A DNA stretch of 64,000 nucleotides from Pseudomonas aeruginosa PAO1 (GCF_000006765.1 NC_002516.2), one strand, 5' to 3'. Positions 29,546 to 40,845 are shown, numbered from the stretch's first letter. The notes: generated by a model from the letters alone, not told the origin. Made by a program: numbers and translations.

Positions 29546-30286
29546 ATGTTCCAGTACTCCGCCCGCCCCGACCTGCTGAAAGACCGCGTGATCCTGGTCA
29601 CCGGCGCCGGCCGCGGCATCGGCGCCGCCGCCGCCAAGACCTTCGCCGCCCACGGCGCCACCGTGCTGCTGCTGGGCAAGACCGAGGAGTACCTGAACGA
29701 GGTCTACGACGCCATCGAGGCCGCCGGCCATCCGCAGGCCGCCGTGATCCCGTTCAACCTGGAGACCGCCCAGCCGCACCAGTTCGAGGAACTGGCGGCA
29801 ACCCTGGAGAACGAGTTCGGCCACATCGACGGCCTGCTGCACAACGCTTCGATCCTCGGTCCGCGCTCACCGATGCAGCAGATTTCCGGGGAGAACTTCA
29901 TGCGCGTGATGCAGGTGAACGTCAATGCCATGTTCATGCTGACCACCGCCATGCTGCCGCTGATGAAGCTCTCCAGCGACGCCTCAATCATCTTTACCTC
30001 GAGCAGCGTGGGCCGGAAGGGCCGCGCCTACTGGGGCGCCTATTCGGTATCGAAGTTCGCCACCGAGGGCCTGATGCAGACCCTTGCCGACGAACTCGAC
30101 GGTACCAGCGCGATCCGCGCCAACAGCGTCAACCCCGGCGCCACCCGCACCAGTATGCGCGCCCTCGCCTACCCTGGGGAAAACCCGCTGAACAACCCCA
30201 CCGGCGAGGAGATCATGCCGGTCTACCTGTACCTCATGGGGCCGGACAGCGCCGGCGTCAACGGCCAGGCCTTCGACGCCCAGTGA
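29546..30286 (+). CDS. YciK-family short-chain dehydrogenase
   Basis: TGAGRGIG, YSVSK (YxxxK), NPGATRT. Confidence 0.9.
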   Translation: MFQYSARPDLLKDRVILVTGAGRGIGAAAAKTFAAHGATVLLLGKTEEYLNEVYDAIEAAGHPQAAVIPFNLETAQPHQFEELAATLENEFGHIDGLLHNASILGPRSPMQQISGENFMRVMQVNVNAMFMLTTAMLPLMKLSSDASIIFTSSSVGRKGRAYWGAYSVSKFATEGLMQTLADELDGTSAIRANSVNPGATRTSMRALAYPGENPLNNPTGEEIMPVYLYLMGPDSAGVNGQAFDAQ

Positions 30287-30292
30287 TTCCCC

Positions 30293-30320
30293 GGCAGCCT
30301 CGCCGCCCGGCGAGGCTGCC
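30293..30320 (+). terminator. Stem-loop after SDR gene
   Basis: GGCAGCCTCGCC-GCCC-GGCGAGGCTGCC followed by pyrimidine-rich tail. Confidence 0.55.
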
Positions 30321-30373
30321 CTGTCCTTCCCTTCCCTCTTCCCGTCCGGAACTTCCCATTCTTTTTGCATATT

Positions 30374-30392
30374 TTTCCCACTGAGTGGGAAA
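30374..30392. promoter_or_regulatory. Palindromic operator upstream of IclR gene
   Basis: Perfect TTTCCCACT-G-AGTGGGAAA. Confidence 0.6.
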
Positions 30393-30444
30393 GTGGTTTC
30401 ATTTTCCGGGAAATCGCCTTCACCCTGTGGGTCAAGGAGTTCCC

Positions 30445-31173
30445 ATGTCGAAGCATTCCCCCACCGATCGCCTGCTGCAGATCCTCATTGCCCTCGGCCA
30501 GGCTCCCGAAGCCCTGTCTGCCAAGGAGCTGTCGCTGACCCTGGGGCAGCCGCTGAGCAGCACCTACCGGCACCTGAAGACCCTGTTGCGCTGGGGCCTG
30601 GCCGAAGAACAGGCCGGCCAGGGCCGCTACCTGCCCGGCCCGGCCTGCCTGCAACTGGCGAAGAAATTCGATCGCGAGGCCTCGCTGATCGGTCTCGCCA
30701 AACCGGAACTCAAGCGCCTGGCCGACCTGAGCCAGGAGAGCGTGGCGCTGATGGTGGCCAGCAACCAGCAGGCGATCTGCCTGGAACTGTTCGACAGTCC
30801 GCAGCCGCTGCGCTGCTGCTACCAGAAAGGGCTGGCGCAGCCGCTGTTGCATGGCGCCTCGGCCAAAGCCCTGCTGGCGCACCTGGAGGACGAACGGCGC
30901 GAGGAGCTGTACCTCGCCCAGGAACTCTCCGCCGAGCGTATCGACAAGCTGGAGCAGGAACTCCGGCTGATCCGCGAACAGGGCTACGCCGTCAGCCAGG
31001 GCGAGATCGACGAAGGCGTCTGGGGCATCAGCGTACCGCTGCTGGACAGCCGCCAGCGCCTGCACGGCGCCCTCAGCCTGATGGCCCCCGCCTTGCGCGC
31101 CCAGTCGCGCAGCGAATGCTTGCGGCAATGGACCCTCGACGCCGCCGCGCGACTTTCCGCGCGGCTGGACTGA
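30445..31173 (+). CDS. IclR-family transcriptional regulator
   Basis: AAGGAG SD; HTH (LSSTYRHLKTL), GASAKALLA, GVWGISVPL; 242 aa. Confidence 0.92.
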   Translation: MSKHSPTDRLLQILIALGQAPEALSAKELSLTLGQPLSSTYRHLKTLLRWGLAEEQAGQGRYLPGPACLQLAKKFDREASLIGLAKPELKRLADLSQESVALMVASNQQAICLELFDSPQPLRCCYQKGLAQPLLHGASAKALLAHLEDERREELYLAQELSAERIDKLEQELRLIREQGYAVSQGEIDEGVWGISVPLLDSRQRLHGALSLMAPALRAQSRSECLRQWTLDAAARLSARLD

Positions 31174-31188
31174 CCGACAGGAGTTTCG

Positions 31189-32124
31189 ATGTACCCCGCC
31201 CCCGACATGAGCCTCTGGCAAGGCCGGATCGATAGCCAGGAAGGCGCCGACGCGCGGCGCTGGCACCAATGGATGCGTCCCTACGCAGACGACGCCGAAG
31301 CGGCCAGCGTGCTGCTCGGGTTCGCCAGCGACGAAGGCGTGCGCCGCAACCAGGGTCGCCAGGGCGCGCGCCACGGACCGCCAGCCTTGCGTCGCGCGCT
31401 GGCCAACCTGGCCTGGCACGGCGAGCAAGCGATCTACGACGCCGGCGACATCGTCGCCGGCGACGATCTGGAAGCCGCCCAGGAATGCTACGCGCAACGC
31501 GTCGCCGACCTGCTCGCGTGCGGCCACCGGGTGGTCGGACTGGGCGGCGGCCACGAAATCGCCTACGCCAGCTTCGCCGGCCTCGCCCGCCACTTGAGTC
31601 GGCATGAGCGCCTGCCGCGCATCGGTATCCTCAATTTCGACGCGCATTTCGACCTGCGCCACGCCGAACGGGCCAGCTCCGGCACGCCGTTCCGCCAGAT
31701 CGCCGAACTCTGCCAGGCCAGCGACTGGCCGTTCGCCTACTGCTGCCTGGGCATCAGCCGCCTGAGCAACACCGCGGCGCTGTTCGACCAGGCCCAGCGC
31801 CTGGGTGTGCGCTACCTGCTGGACCGTCAGTTGCAGCCGTGGAACCTGGAACGCAGCGAAGCCTTCCTCGACGGCTTCCTGCAATCCGTCGACCACCTCT
31901 ACCTGACCGTTTGCCTCGACGTACTCCCGGCCGCCCAGGCGCCCGGCGTCAGCGCGCCCTCGGCGCACGGCGTGGAGATGCCGGTGGTGGAGCACCTGGT
32001 CCGCCGCGCCAAGGCCAGCGGCAAGCTGCGCCTGGCTGACATCGCCGAACTCAACCCGCAACTCGATAGCGACCAGCGCACCGCCCGGATCGCCGCGCGC
32101 CTGGTCGACAGCCTGGTCAACTGA
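31189..32124 (+). CDS. Formimidoylglutamase (arginase family, HutG-type)
   Basis: NQGRQGA, GGGHEIA, NFDAHFD, CLDVL. Confidence 0.9.
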   Translation: MYPAPDMSLWQGRIDSQEGADARRWHQWMRPYADDAEAASVLLGFASDEGVRRNQGRQGARHGPPALRRALANLAWHGEQAIYDAGDIVAGDDLEAAQECYAQRVADLLACGHRVVGLGGGHEIAYASFAGLARHLSRHERLPRIGILNFDAHFDLRHAERASSGTPFRQIAELCQASDWPFAYCCLGISRLSNTAALFDQAQRLGVRYLLDRQLQPWNLERSEAFLDGFLQSVDHLYLTVCLDVLPAAQAPGVSAPSAHGVEMPVVEHLVRRAKASGKLRLADIAELNPQLDSDQRTARIAARLVDSLVN

Positions 32125-32162
32125 TCGCCCTTTCGCCCACACAACAACAATAGAGCCACGCC

Positions 32163-33377
32163 ATGCCGACATTGCACCTGGACGCCCTGTCCACCACCGC
32201 CCTCGCCCTGCTCCTGCTCGCCCTCGGCAGCCAATTGAAGAAGCGCAGCCGCTGGCTGACACGTCTGTGCGTACCGTCGCCGGTGATCGCCGGCTTCGGC
32301 TTCGCCTTCCTGGTCTGGCTGCTCAGGGATCGCGGCTGGCTCGACATCGGCCTCGACACCAGCCTGCAGACACCCCTGATGGTGGCGTTCTTCACCACCG
32401 TCGGCCTCGGTGGCAGCCTCGGCCTGCTGCGCAAGGGCGGCAAGACCCTGCTGGTCTACCTGTCGGCCTGCTGGGCGCTGGCGATACTGCAGAACCTGAT
32501 CGGCGTCGGCAGCGCCGGACTGCTCGGCCTCGACCCGTTGCTCGGGATCATGGCCGGCGCGGTCTCGCTGGAAGGCGGCTTCGGCGCGGCGGCGGCCTTC
32601 GGCCCGGTTGCGGAAGGGCTCGGCGCCCAGGGCGCGACCACCGTGGCGCTGGCCTCGGCCACCTTCGGCATGGTCGCTGGCGGGCTGCTCGGCAGCCCGG
32701 TGGCGCGCTGGCTGATCGAACGCAACCGCCTGCCGGTGCAGGCGGAAAGCGACAATCGGCTGGAAGCCCTCGGCCAGCAGGAGCGACGCCAGCATGCGGC
32801 GGCCACGCTGGACGGCAATCTCCTGCTGCGCCTGCTGACCTGCGTGCTGCTGGTGATGGTGCTCGGCTTCTGGCTCGGCGACGCGCTCGAGGAACGCCTG
32901 GGCCTGGTGCTGCCCAGTTATGTCGGGGCGATGTTCATCGCCATCGTCCTGCGCAACCTCGACGACCGGCTCGGCTGGCTGCGCATTCCGGACCACGCCG
33001 TCGGTACCCTGGGCGACGTCTGCCTGGGCATCTTCCTGACCATGGCGATGATGAGCCTGAAGTTCTGGGAGCTGGAGAACCTCGGCCTGCCGCTGCTCGG
33101 CGTACTGTTCATCCAGGTCGCGGTGCTGTTGCTACTGACGATCTTCGTGCTGTTCCGCCTGCTCGGCCGCAACTACGACGCCGCGGTGCTCTGCGCCGGC
33201 TTCCTCGGCCACGGCCTGGGCGCCACGCCCAACGCGGTGGCCAACATGGGCGCGGTCTGCGAGCACTATCGGGTGTTCTCGCACAAGGCCTTCATCATCG
33301 TGCCCCTGTGCGGCGCGGTACTGATCGATCTCGTCGCCATCCCGGCGATCACCTGGTTCATCAACGCCTTCAGTTGA
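32163..33377 (+). CDS. gltS: Na+/glutamate symporter
   Basis: PSPVIAG, GGFGAAAAF, GATPNAVANM; 404 aa. Confidence 0.92.
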   Translation: MPTLHLDALSTTALALLLLALGSQLKKRSRWLTRLCVPSPVIAGFGFAFLVWLLRDRGWLDIGLDTSLQTPLMVAFFTTVGLGGSLGLLRKGGKTLLVYLSACWALAILQNLIGVGSAGLLGLDPLLGIMAGAVSLEGGFGAAAAFGPVAEGLGAQGATTVALASATFGMVAGGLLGSPVARWLIERNRLPVQAESDNRLEALGQQERRQHAAATLDGNLLLRLLTCVLLVMVLGFWLGDALEERLGLVLPSYVGAMFIAIVLRNLDDRLGWLRIPDHAVGTLGDVCLGIFLTMAMMSLKFWELENLGLPLLGVLFIQVAVLLLLTIFVLFRLLGRNYDAAVLCAGFLGHGLGATPNAVANMGAVCEHYRVFSHKAFIIVPLCGAVLIDLVAIPAITWFINAFS

Positions 33378-33385
33378 ACCATGGC

Positions 33386-33407
33386 GGCGCTCCGCTAGCG
33401 GAGCGCC
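33386..33407. terminator. Palindromic hairpin after gltS
   Basis: Perfect 22-bp palindrome GGCGCTCCGCTAGCGGAGCGCC. Confidence 0.55.
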
Positions 33408-33605
33408 AGCTTTCCGACGAGCGCCTCGGCCACTCGCCAGCAAAACGCCATTATTCCGTCGAAATCTCTCCGAAATTCCTACAGAATGTGGAAACCATTC
33501 CTAGGAAAACCTGTCTGTGCCTCTGATTTCTCCGTTCTTCAGTTGGCTGGCACGAAACTCGCCTTAGCCCTACTGTCGCCGTCTTTCGCGCCAGAGGTTC
33601 CGCGC

Positions 33606-34529
33606 ATGGCTCCTCCCAAGCAGTCCAATACCATCGATTTCGACGCCGCCAAGCAGAAGCGCGGCCCCCAGCCCGGCGGCAACGCCAGCGGGCCGCGCGC
33701 CAGCAACCTGACGGAGTTGCGCCAGCAACTGACCCTACAGTTGCAGAGCAGCCTGGAGGCAGAGCGGATTCTCGGCCTGTTCTTCGAGGAAGTCCGCCAA
33801 CTGATCCCGCTGGACGCCCTTGGCTACCGCCATCCGGGCTCCGACCTGCGCCTGGAGTTCGGCAGCAGCGCCAAGCATTCGGTGAGCTATCGCCTGAGCC
33901 ATGACAGCGACTACCTCGGCGAACTGATCTTCCGTCGCCGCCAGCGCCTCGGCGAAGACGAACAACGGCAACTGGAGAGCCTGCTCGGCACCCTGCTGTT
34001 CCCGCTGCGCAACGCCCTGCTCTATCGCGCCGCGATCCAGACCGCCCTGCGCGACGCCCTGACCGGCACCGGCAACCGCATCGCCATGGACCAGGCGCTC
34101 GGCCGCGAACTGGAACTGGCCCGGCGCAACCTGCAACCGCTCTCGGTGCTGATGCTCGATATCGACCACTTCAAGCGGGTCAACGACCACTACGGTCACG
34201 CCGTCGGCGACGAAGCCCTCAAGGCCGTGGCGGAAACCATCAAGGACCACCTGCGCAATGTCGACATGGTGTTCCGCTTCGGCGGCGAGGAATTCCTCGT
34301 CCTGCTGTCCAGCACGCCGCTGCAGGCTGCCTGCATGGTCGGCGAACGCCTGCGCCAGGCGGTGGAGGAACTGGACTACCGGCACGCCGGCGAACCGCTG
34401 AAGCTGTCGATCAGCCTCGGTTGCGCCGACCTGCGGCCCGGCGAAGGCAGCGACGACCTGCTGCGACGGGTCGACGAGGCGCTCTACGAAGCCAAGCGCG
34501 ACGGCCGCAACCGCCTGCGCTGCGCCTGA
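33606..34529 (+). CDS. Diguanylate cyclase
   Basis: DALTG, DIDHFK, RNVD (RxxD I-site), GGEEF; 307 aa. Confidence 0.93.
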   Translation: MAPPKQSNTIDFDAAKQKRGPQPGGNASGPRASNLTELRQQLTLQLQSSLEAERILGLFFEEVRQLIPLDALGYRHPGSDLRLEFGSSAKHSVSYRLSHDSDYLGELIFRRRQRLGEDEQRQLESLLGTLLFPLRNALLYRAAIQTALRDALTGTGNRIAMDQALGRELELARRNLQPLSVLMLDIDHFKRVNDHYGHAVGDEALKAVAETIKDHLRNVDMVFRFGGEEFLVLLSSTPLQAACMVGERLRQAVEELDYRHAGEPLKLSISLGCADLRPGEGSDDLLRRVDEALYEAKRDGRNRLRCA

Positions 34530-34635
34530 GGCTTGCCGACTCGCACACCCCGAAGCGCGGAGCGGGCGCATCGGGCGACGGCAGTAGCAACGGCTCTCAC
34601 CGGCGCAGTCACGGTTTCCGCCAAGGTCCTGCCTC

Positions 34636-35013
34636 TTATGGCTGCGCCGGCTCGTCCGGGCCGCCAAAGGCCTGGCGCAAGCGGACGCGCTTCTCCAGCA
34701 GCCAGCCGCTGGTTTCCTTGCCGTCTCGAGCCACGTACATGACGTTCAGCCACTCGCCGCTCGGCTTGTAGACAGTGATGAAGTCGCCGGGAATCACGAA
34801 GACCCCGGTGACACAGTCGGCACGCGGCGCGCTGTGGAAATAGGCGCGCCCCTTGTCGATCACCTCGCCCTCCAGCGGCGGACGGAAGTTGTCCTCGGGG
34901 CCGGCCGTCGCCTCGCCAAGGCTTGCGCAGCTCTGCGCCGGCATCGCCGCATCCGCGGCCAGCCCGGCGACGCTCCATAGCATGCAGAGCGCGATAGCCA
35001 GGATCCTGTGCAT
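34636..35013 (-). CDS. Secreted hypothetical protein (SH3b-like)
   Basis: GGAG SD, signal peptide MHRILAIALCMLWSVAGLA; 125 aa. Confidence 0.8.
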   Translation of the reverse strand: MHRILAIALCMLWSVAGLAADAAMPAQSCASLGEATAGPEDNFRPPLEGEVIDKGRAYFHSAPRADCVTGVFVIPGDFITVYKPSGEWLNVMYVARDGKETSGWLLEKRVRLRQAFGGPDEPAQP

Positions 35014-35065
35014 TTCACCACCTCCTTGCGTGCGGGCGACCATTAGACACCGATTCCCAGGCATG

Positions 35066-35089
35066 AAAAAGGCCCCCGAAGGGGCCTTT
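35066..35089 (-). terminator. Intrinsic terminator after rluB
   Basis: Minus strand AAAGGCCCC-TTCG-GGGGCCTTTTT. Confidence 0.7.
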
Positions 35090-35105
35090 CCAGGGCGCTT
35101 TCCGC

Positions 35106-36266
35106 TCAGCGGCGGAAGCCCGGACGCATACCGTCGCCGGCCGGTTTCGGCCGCCGCTTGACCTGCGGCTTGCGGGCCGCCGGCTTGTCGCCCGGCGCGC
35201 TGGCCGGACGCTCGTCGCGCGGCTTGCTCGGGCGCGGCTTGCGGTTGCTCTCGCGGGGCCGCTCGGCAACCGGAGTGCCCTGCTCGCGCCCCTTGCGCTC
35301 GGCGCTCGGCTGCGGACCGCGCGCGGGACGCGAAGCCGGCGCGCGACGAGCGGCATTTTCGCCGTCCTCGCGCCGCGGCGCACGCTTGCGCCCGGCTTCC
35401 GGACGCTCGCTGCGCGCCAGCGGACGGGCCTGCTTGCGCTGCTGGCGTTCGGCCTTCTCGCGCGCCTTGGTGGTCATGCCCGGCAGGGCCACTGGCTTGA
35501 GGCCGACTTCCTCGCTGAGGATGTCGATCTCGCGCTGGTCCATTTCGCGGTAGCGGCCCATGGTCAGCTCGGAGGTCAGGAACACCGGGCCGAAACGCAC
35601 CCGCTTGAGGCGGCTGACCACCAACCCCTGGGATTCCCACAACCGGCGCACCTCGCGGTTGCGGCCCTCCATCACTACGCAGTGGTACCAGTGGTTGAAG
35701 CCTTCGCCGCCCGGCGCCTGCTGGATATCGCTGAACTTGGCCGGGCCGTCCTCGAGCATCACGCCGTTGAGCAGGCGCTCGATCATCTCTTCGGTGACCT
35801 CGCCGCGCACCCGTACCGCGTATTCACGGTCCATCTCATAGGAAGGATGCATCAGGCGGTTGGCCAGTTCGCCATCGGTGGTGAACAGCAGCAGGCCGGT
35901 GGTATTGATGTCCAGGCGACCGACATTGATCCAGCGACCGGTGCGCAGGCGCGGCAGGCGGTCGAAGATGGTCGGGCGGCCTTCCGGATCGTCGCGGGTG
36001 CAGACCTCGCCTTCCGGCTTGTTGTAGATCAGCACGCGACGGACACTCTCGGCGGCCTCTTCGCGGCGGATCAGGTGGCCATCGACGGTGATCGCATCGT
36101 GGCTGTCGACCCGCTGGCCGAGGCTGGCCACGCTGCCATTGACGTTGACCCGGCCTTCGGCGATCCACACTTCTACGTCGCGCCGGGAACCGACGCCGAG
36201 ACGGGCGAGGACTTTCTGCAATTTTTCCCCGACCGGTACGTGGGGATTCTCTGGGGTATCGTTCAT
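35106..36266 (-). CDS. rluB: 23S rRNA pseudouridine synthase B
   Basis: S4 domain [17 protein letters not shown]; 386 aa with Arg/Pro-rich tail. Confidence 0.95.
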   Translation of the reverse strand: MNDTPENPHVPVGEKLQKVLARLGVGSRRDVEVWIAEGRVNVNGSVASLGQRVDSHDAITVDGHLIRREEAAESVRRVLIYNKPEGEVCTRDDPEGRPTIFDRLPRLRTGRWINVGRLDINTTGLLLFTTDGELANRLMHPSYEMDREYAVRVRGEVTEEMIERLLNGVMLEDGPAKFSDIQQAPGGEGFNHWYHCVVMEGRNREVRRLWESQGLVVSRLKRVRFGPVFLTSELTMGRYREMDQREIDILSEEVGLKPVALPGMTTKAREKAERQQRKQARPLARSERPEAGRKRAPRREDGENAARRAPASRPARGPQPSAERKGREQGTPVAERPRESNRKPRPSKPRDERPASAPGDKPAARKPQVKRRPKPAGDGMRPGFRR

Positions 36267-36413
36267 CTGGGCACCTCCCGGTGTGGCTGGCAACGAATCG
36301 AAGGGCGCGCATCATACGCGCTTCGTCAGGACAAAGCACCGTCCCCGGGCGGAAACCCGGACAATCCCGCTAGACTAGGCCGGGTTCACCCACCCCGCCA
36401 CCCGGAGGCCCCG

Positions 36414-36851
36414 GTGCACGATGTCCCTCCCTTCAGCGGCGCCAAGCTGGCGCTGTTCTATGGCGACCACCTGGTCGTCTACAAACGCGACGAAAAACCC
36501 GGCATTCCCTTCCCCGGCTACTGGGACTTTCCCGGCGGCGGCCGTGAGGGCCTGGAGACGCCTGCCGAATGCGCCCTGCGCGAACTCGAGGAAGAGTTCT
36601 CCATCCGCCTGGAAGAACCTCGTATCGAATGGCAGCGACAGTATCCGAGCACCAGCGGCAGCGCGCCCTTCGCCTACTTCCTGGTGGCGCGCCTGGAGGA
36701 CCGCGAGTTCGAGGCCATCCGCTTCGGCGACGAAGGACAATACTGGCGATTGATGGAGGTGGACGCCTACCTCGCGCATGCCATGGCCGTACCCTACCTG
36801 CAGAGCCGGCTCGGCGACTATCTGCGGGAACGCCGGCGCATCGGCGAATAA
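36414..36851 (+). CDS. Nudix hydrolase
   Basis: GTG start with GGAGG SD; Nudix box GGREGLETPAECALRELEEEF. Confidence 0.88.
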   Translation: MHDVPPFSGAKLALFYGDHLVVYKRDEKPGIPFPGYWDFPGGGREGLETPAECALRELEEEFSIRLEEPRIEWQRQYPSTSGSAPFAYFLVARLEDREFEAIRFGDEGQYWRLMEVDAYLAHAMAVPYLQSRLGDYLRERRRIGE

Positions 36852-36898
36852 CGCCGATGACGTTAGCCGTTCCATGCCCCGGATAATCCGGACGGCAT

Positions 36899-36921
36899 AA
36901 AAAAACCCGGCCGAAGCCGGG
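36899..36921 (-). terminator. Intrinsic terminator of zwf-pgl-eda
   Basis: Minus strand CCCGGC-TTCG-GCCGGG-TTTTTTT. Confidence 0.8.
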
Positions 36922-36940
36922 CATGCCCAGGCGGGCAGTC

Positions 36941-37603
36941 TCAGTGTCTGCGGTGCTCGGCGAAGCGCTCCAGGGCTTCGCGGCTGAGGCGCTCGACCTG
37001 GGCCCAGTCGCCGCGGTCGACCACGGCCTTGGGCAGCATCCAGGTGCCGCCGACGCACATCACGTTGGGTACCGCCAGGTAGTCGGCGAGATTGTTCAGG
37101 CTGACGCCTCCGGTGGGGCAGAAGCGGATATCGGGGAATGGTCCCGAGAACGCCTTCAGCGCCGCCGGGCCGCCGCTGACTTCGGCGGGAAACAGCTTGA
37201 AGCGGCGGTAGCCATGGCGGTAGGCGAGCATGATCTCGGAAGCGCTGGCCACGCCGGGCAACAGCGGGACTTCGCTGTCCAGGGCGAAGCGCAGCAACTC
37301 GTCGGTGCAACCCGGGGTGACCACGAAGCTCGCCCCGGCCTTTTCCGCGGCGGCGAAGGTCCGCGGGTCGAGCACGGTGCCGGCGCCGATGCGCAGGTGC
37401 GGGCGCTCCTCGCTGAGGCGCCGGATGGCGGTCAGCCCGTGCGCCGTGCGCAGGGTGATCTCCAGGGCGGTCAGGCCGCCGGCGGCGAGGGCATCGGCCA
37501 TCGGCAGGATGTCCGCCTCGCGGTCGATGGTGATCACCGGGAGGATGCGCGCCTCCCGGCACAGCGTGTCGATGCGGGCGGTCTTCTGTTCAAGGTTGTG
37601 CAT
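36941..37603 (-). CDS. eda: KDPG aldolase
   Basis: LEITLRT, GAGTV, FKLFPA, FCPTGG. Confidence 0.97.
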   Translation of the reverse strand: MHNLEQKTARIDTLCREARILPVITIDREADILPMADALAAGGLTALEITLRTAHGLTAIRRLSEERPHLRIGAGTVLDPRTFAAAEKAGASFVVTPGCTDELLRFALDSEVPLLPGVASASEIMLAYRHGYRRFKLFPAEVSGGPAALKAFSGPFPDIRFCPTGGVSLNNLADYLAVPNVMCVGGTWMLPKAVVDRGDWAQVERLSREALERFAEHRRH

Positions 37604-37620
37604 GGCTACAGCTCCGCCAC

Positions 37621-38337
37621 TCAGGGGTACCAATGGATCGTCAGCGGCGCGCGGAGGAAGGCGCGAACCGGCATCCGCCGTTCGTCCTCGACCGCCAGCG
37701 CGGCGTTCAGGGTGGCCAGCTTGGACTGGCCCTGGATCGCCAGCAGCTGCACCTTCGCCGCCGCCAGCACGGCGCGCGGCAGGGTCAGGCGCTGGTGCGG
37801 CACGCTCGGCGCCCACATCGGCAGGCAACGGCGCGTCCCCTGGGGATCCATCGCCAGGTCCAGGCCAGGGCTGTTCGGGAACAGCGAGGCGGTATGGCCG
37901 TCGTCGCCCATGCCGAGGACCAGCACGTCGATCGGCAATGGCAGCTCGTGCAGGTGATGGTCGGCCAGCTCGGCCGCTTCCTCCAGGCTCGCCGCCGGCT
38001 GGTAGAGGCCGATGAAGCGCGCCTTCGCCGCCTCGCCACGGAGCAGGTGGCGGCGAACCAGGCCGGCGTTGCTATCGGCATGCGACTCCGGCACCCAGCG
38101 CTCGTCGGCCAGGCTGACTGTGATCCGCGACCAGTCCAGCGGCTCCTCGCTCAAGGCTTCGAGGAAGGCCACCGGACTGCGCCCACCGGACACCACCAGC
38201 AGCGCCTGGCCCTGCTCGGCCAGCGCCGAGCGCAACCGGCCGGCGACCTCGGCGGCCAGGCCGCGGGCCTGCTCGGCGGCGCTGCCCCAGACCTGCAGGC
38301 CGACGCCGGCCGGCAGCTTCAACTCAGAAATCGCCAT
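37621..38337 (-). CDS. pgl: 6-phosphogluconolactonase
   Basis: [24 protein letters not shown]. Confidence 0.97.
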
Positions 38338-39793
38338 ACCAACTCCTCCCATCGCGGGCCACCAGGGCCACCGAGGCCACCGGCCCCCAACTCCCCGCCG
38401 GATACGGCTTGGGCGCTTCGCTCAGGCGTTCCCAGCCAGCGATCAGCTGGTCGCACCACTTCCAGGCGAACTCCACCTCGTCCTTGCGCACGAACAGGTA
38501 CTGGTTGCCCTGGGTGACCTCCAGCAGCAGACGCTCGTAGGCATCGGGAATCCGCGCCGCGTGGTAGGTCTCGGAAAAACTCAGTTGCAGCGGGCCGGTA
38601 CGCAATTGCATGCCCTTGCCCAGGCCCTGGTCCTTGGTCATCACTTGCAGGGAGATACCTTCGTCCGGCTGCAGGCGGATGATCAGCCGGTTGCTGATCA
38701 GCGAACGCTGCTCGGGAGCGAAGATGTAGTGCGGCGGCTCCTTGAAGTGGATGACGATCTGCGACAGCTTCTGCGGCATGCGCTTGCCGGTGCGCAGGTA
38801 GAACGGCACGCCCGACCAGCGCCAGTTGCGGATGTCCACGCGCAGGGCGACGAAGGTTTCCGCGTCGCTGTCGCGATTCGCATGTTCCTCCTCCAGGTAG
38901 CCCGGCACTGCCTTGCCGTCGCTGAAACCGGCGGTGTACTGCCCACGCACCACGCGCGAAGCCAGTTGTTCTGCGGGAATCGGCTCGAGGGCGCGGAGGA
39001 CCTTGACCTTCTCGTCGCGAATGCTGTCCGCCGAAAGGTCGCTGGGCGGATCCATGGCGATCAGGCAGAGCAGTTGCAGCAGGTGGTTCTGCACCATGTC
39101 GCGCAGTTGCCCGGCCTGGTCGAAGTAGCCCCAGCGGCCTTCGATGCCGACCTTCTCGGCCACGGTGATCTCCACGTGGGAGATGTGGTTCTGGTTCCAC
39201 TGGGTCTCGAAGAGGCTGTTGGCGAAGCGCAGGGCGATCAGGTTCTGCACCGTCTCCTTGCCCAGGTAATGGTCGATCCGGTAGATGCGGCTTTCCGGGA
39301 AGAACCGGGCGACTGCCTCGTTGACCTCGCGGGACGACTCCAGGTCATGACCGATGGGCTTCTCCAGCACCACCCGGGTGCGCTCGGCGAGACCGGCGGC
39401 GGCGAGGTTCTCGCAGATGCCGCCGAACACCGAGGCCGGCGTGGCGAAGTAGGCGACCAGCGGCAGTTCGTCATCCACCGCCTCGCGCAAGCCGACATAG
39501 GCCTGCGGGTCGAGGAAGTCCATGCTCAGGTAGTCGAGGCGTTCGCGGAAACGCTGCCAGACCACGTCGTCCCACTCCTTCGCCGGCACTGCCAGGCGCA
39601 GGCGCTGCTCCAGCGTCGCCAGGTGTTCGGCGGGAGCGCCTTCGTCACGGGCCAGGGCCAGGACGCGGGTATCGCGGTGCAGCAGGTTCTCACGATCGAG
39701 TTGGTAGAGCGCCGGGAACAGCTTGCGCAAGGCGAGATCGCCCAGCGCACCGAACAGCGCTAACGTGCAAGGCAGAACGCGGACATCAGGCAT
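38324..39793 (-). CDS. zwf: Glucose-6-phosphate dehydrogenase
   Basis: [29 protein letters not shown]. Confidence 0.98.
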
Positions 39794-39850
39794 TTGTTGT
39801 TACCAACCAAATATTGAGTGATATTGAGCCATCCACTGCGCAATTAAGAC

Positions 39851-39878
39851 AAATATGTAGTAATTAAACAACATATTT
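39851..39878. promoter_or_regulatory. HexR operator, zwf/hexR divergent promoter
   Basis: Minus strand TGTTGTTTAATTACTACA within AAATATGT..ACATATTT arms. Confidence 0.75.
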
Positions 39879-39979
39879 TTCCCAGCCCGCCACGCTGTTG
39901 GTCGCATGACGGCCTGACGTTAGGATAGGCGCCGCCGCCGGCCCTTCCCCGCCGGGCCGACAGAACACGAGGAACCCGG

Positions 39980-40837
39980 ATGAAAAACCTGCTGGAGCAG
40001 ATCCAGAGCCGCCTGGACGAACTGAACAAGGCGGAGCGCAAAGTCGCCGAGGTCATCCTGCAGAACCCGCAGCAGGCCACCCGCTTCAGCATCGCCGCCC
40101 TGGCCCAGGCGGCAGCGGTCAGCGAACCGACGGTGAACCGCTTCTGTCGCTCCTTCGGCATGAGCGGCTATCCGGAACTGAAGATCCAGCTGGCCCAGAG
40201 CCTGGCCAGCGGCGCTGCCTTCGTGACCCAGGCGGTAGCCGAGGACGACGGGCCGGAAGCCTATACGCGGAAGATCTTCAGCAACACCATCGCCTCCCTC
40301 GACAGCGCCCACAAGCTGCTCGACCCACGCGTCATCGACCGCGCCGTGGACCTGTTGATCCAGGCCCGACAGATCCACTTCTTCGGTCTCGGCGCCTCGG
40401 CCTCGGTAGCGCTCGACGCGCAGCACAAGTTCTTCCGCTTCAACCTGGCGGTGAGCGCCCAGGCCGACGTGCTGATGCAACGGATGATCGCCTCGGTGGC
40501 GCATACCGGCGACCTGTTCGTGGTGATTTCCTATACCGGACGCACCCGCGAGCTGGTGGAGGTGGCGCACCTGGCGCGGGAGAACGGCGCCTCGGTGCTC
40601 GGCCTGACCGCCGCCGGCTCGCCGCTGGCCAGGGCCAGCACCCTGTGCCTGGACATCCCGTTGCCGGAAGACACCGACATCTACATGCCGATGACTTCGC
40701 GGATCGTCCAGCTCACCGTGCTCGACGTACTGGCCACCGGAGTGACCCTGCGCCGCGGCGTGGACTTCCAGCCGCACCTGCGGCGGATCAAGGAAAGCCT
40801 GGTGCCAACCCGCTATCCCCTCGACGAGGACAACTGA
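39980..40837 (+). CDS. hexR: RpiR-family regulator HexR
   Basis: HTH (SEPTVNRFC) + SIS domain; divergent from zwf. Confidence 0.96.
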   Translation: MKNLLEQIQSRLDELNKAERKVAEVILQNPQQATRFSIAALAQAAAVSEPTVNRFCRSFGMSGYPELKIQLAQSLASGAAFVTQAVAEDDGPEAYTRKIFSNTIASLDSAHKLLDPRVIDRAVDLLIQARQIHFFGLGASASVALDAQHKFFRFNLAVSAQADVLMQRMIASVAHTGDLFVVISYTGRTRELVEVAHLARENGASVLGLTAAGSPLARASTLCLDIPLPEDTDIYMPMTSRIVQLTVLDVLATGVTLRRGVDFQPHLRRIKESLVPTRYPLDEDN

Positions 40838-40845
40838 CCGCCCGC

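Noticed and set aside
36841-36898. Two small hairpins between Nudix and eda, considered as REP elements
   Set aside because: Not repeated elsewhere in the window; explained as convergent terminator region.
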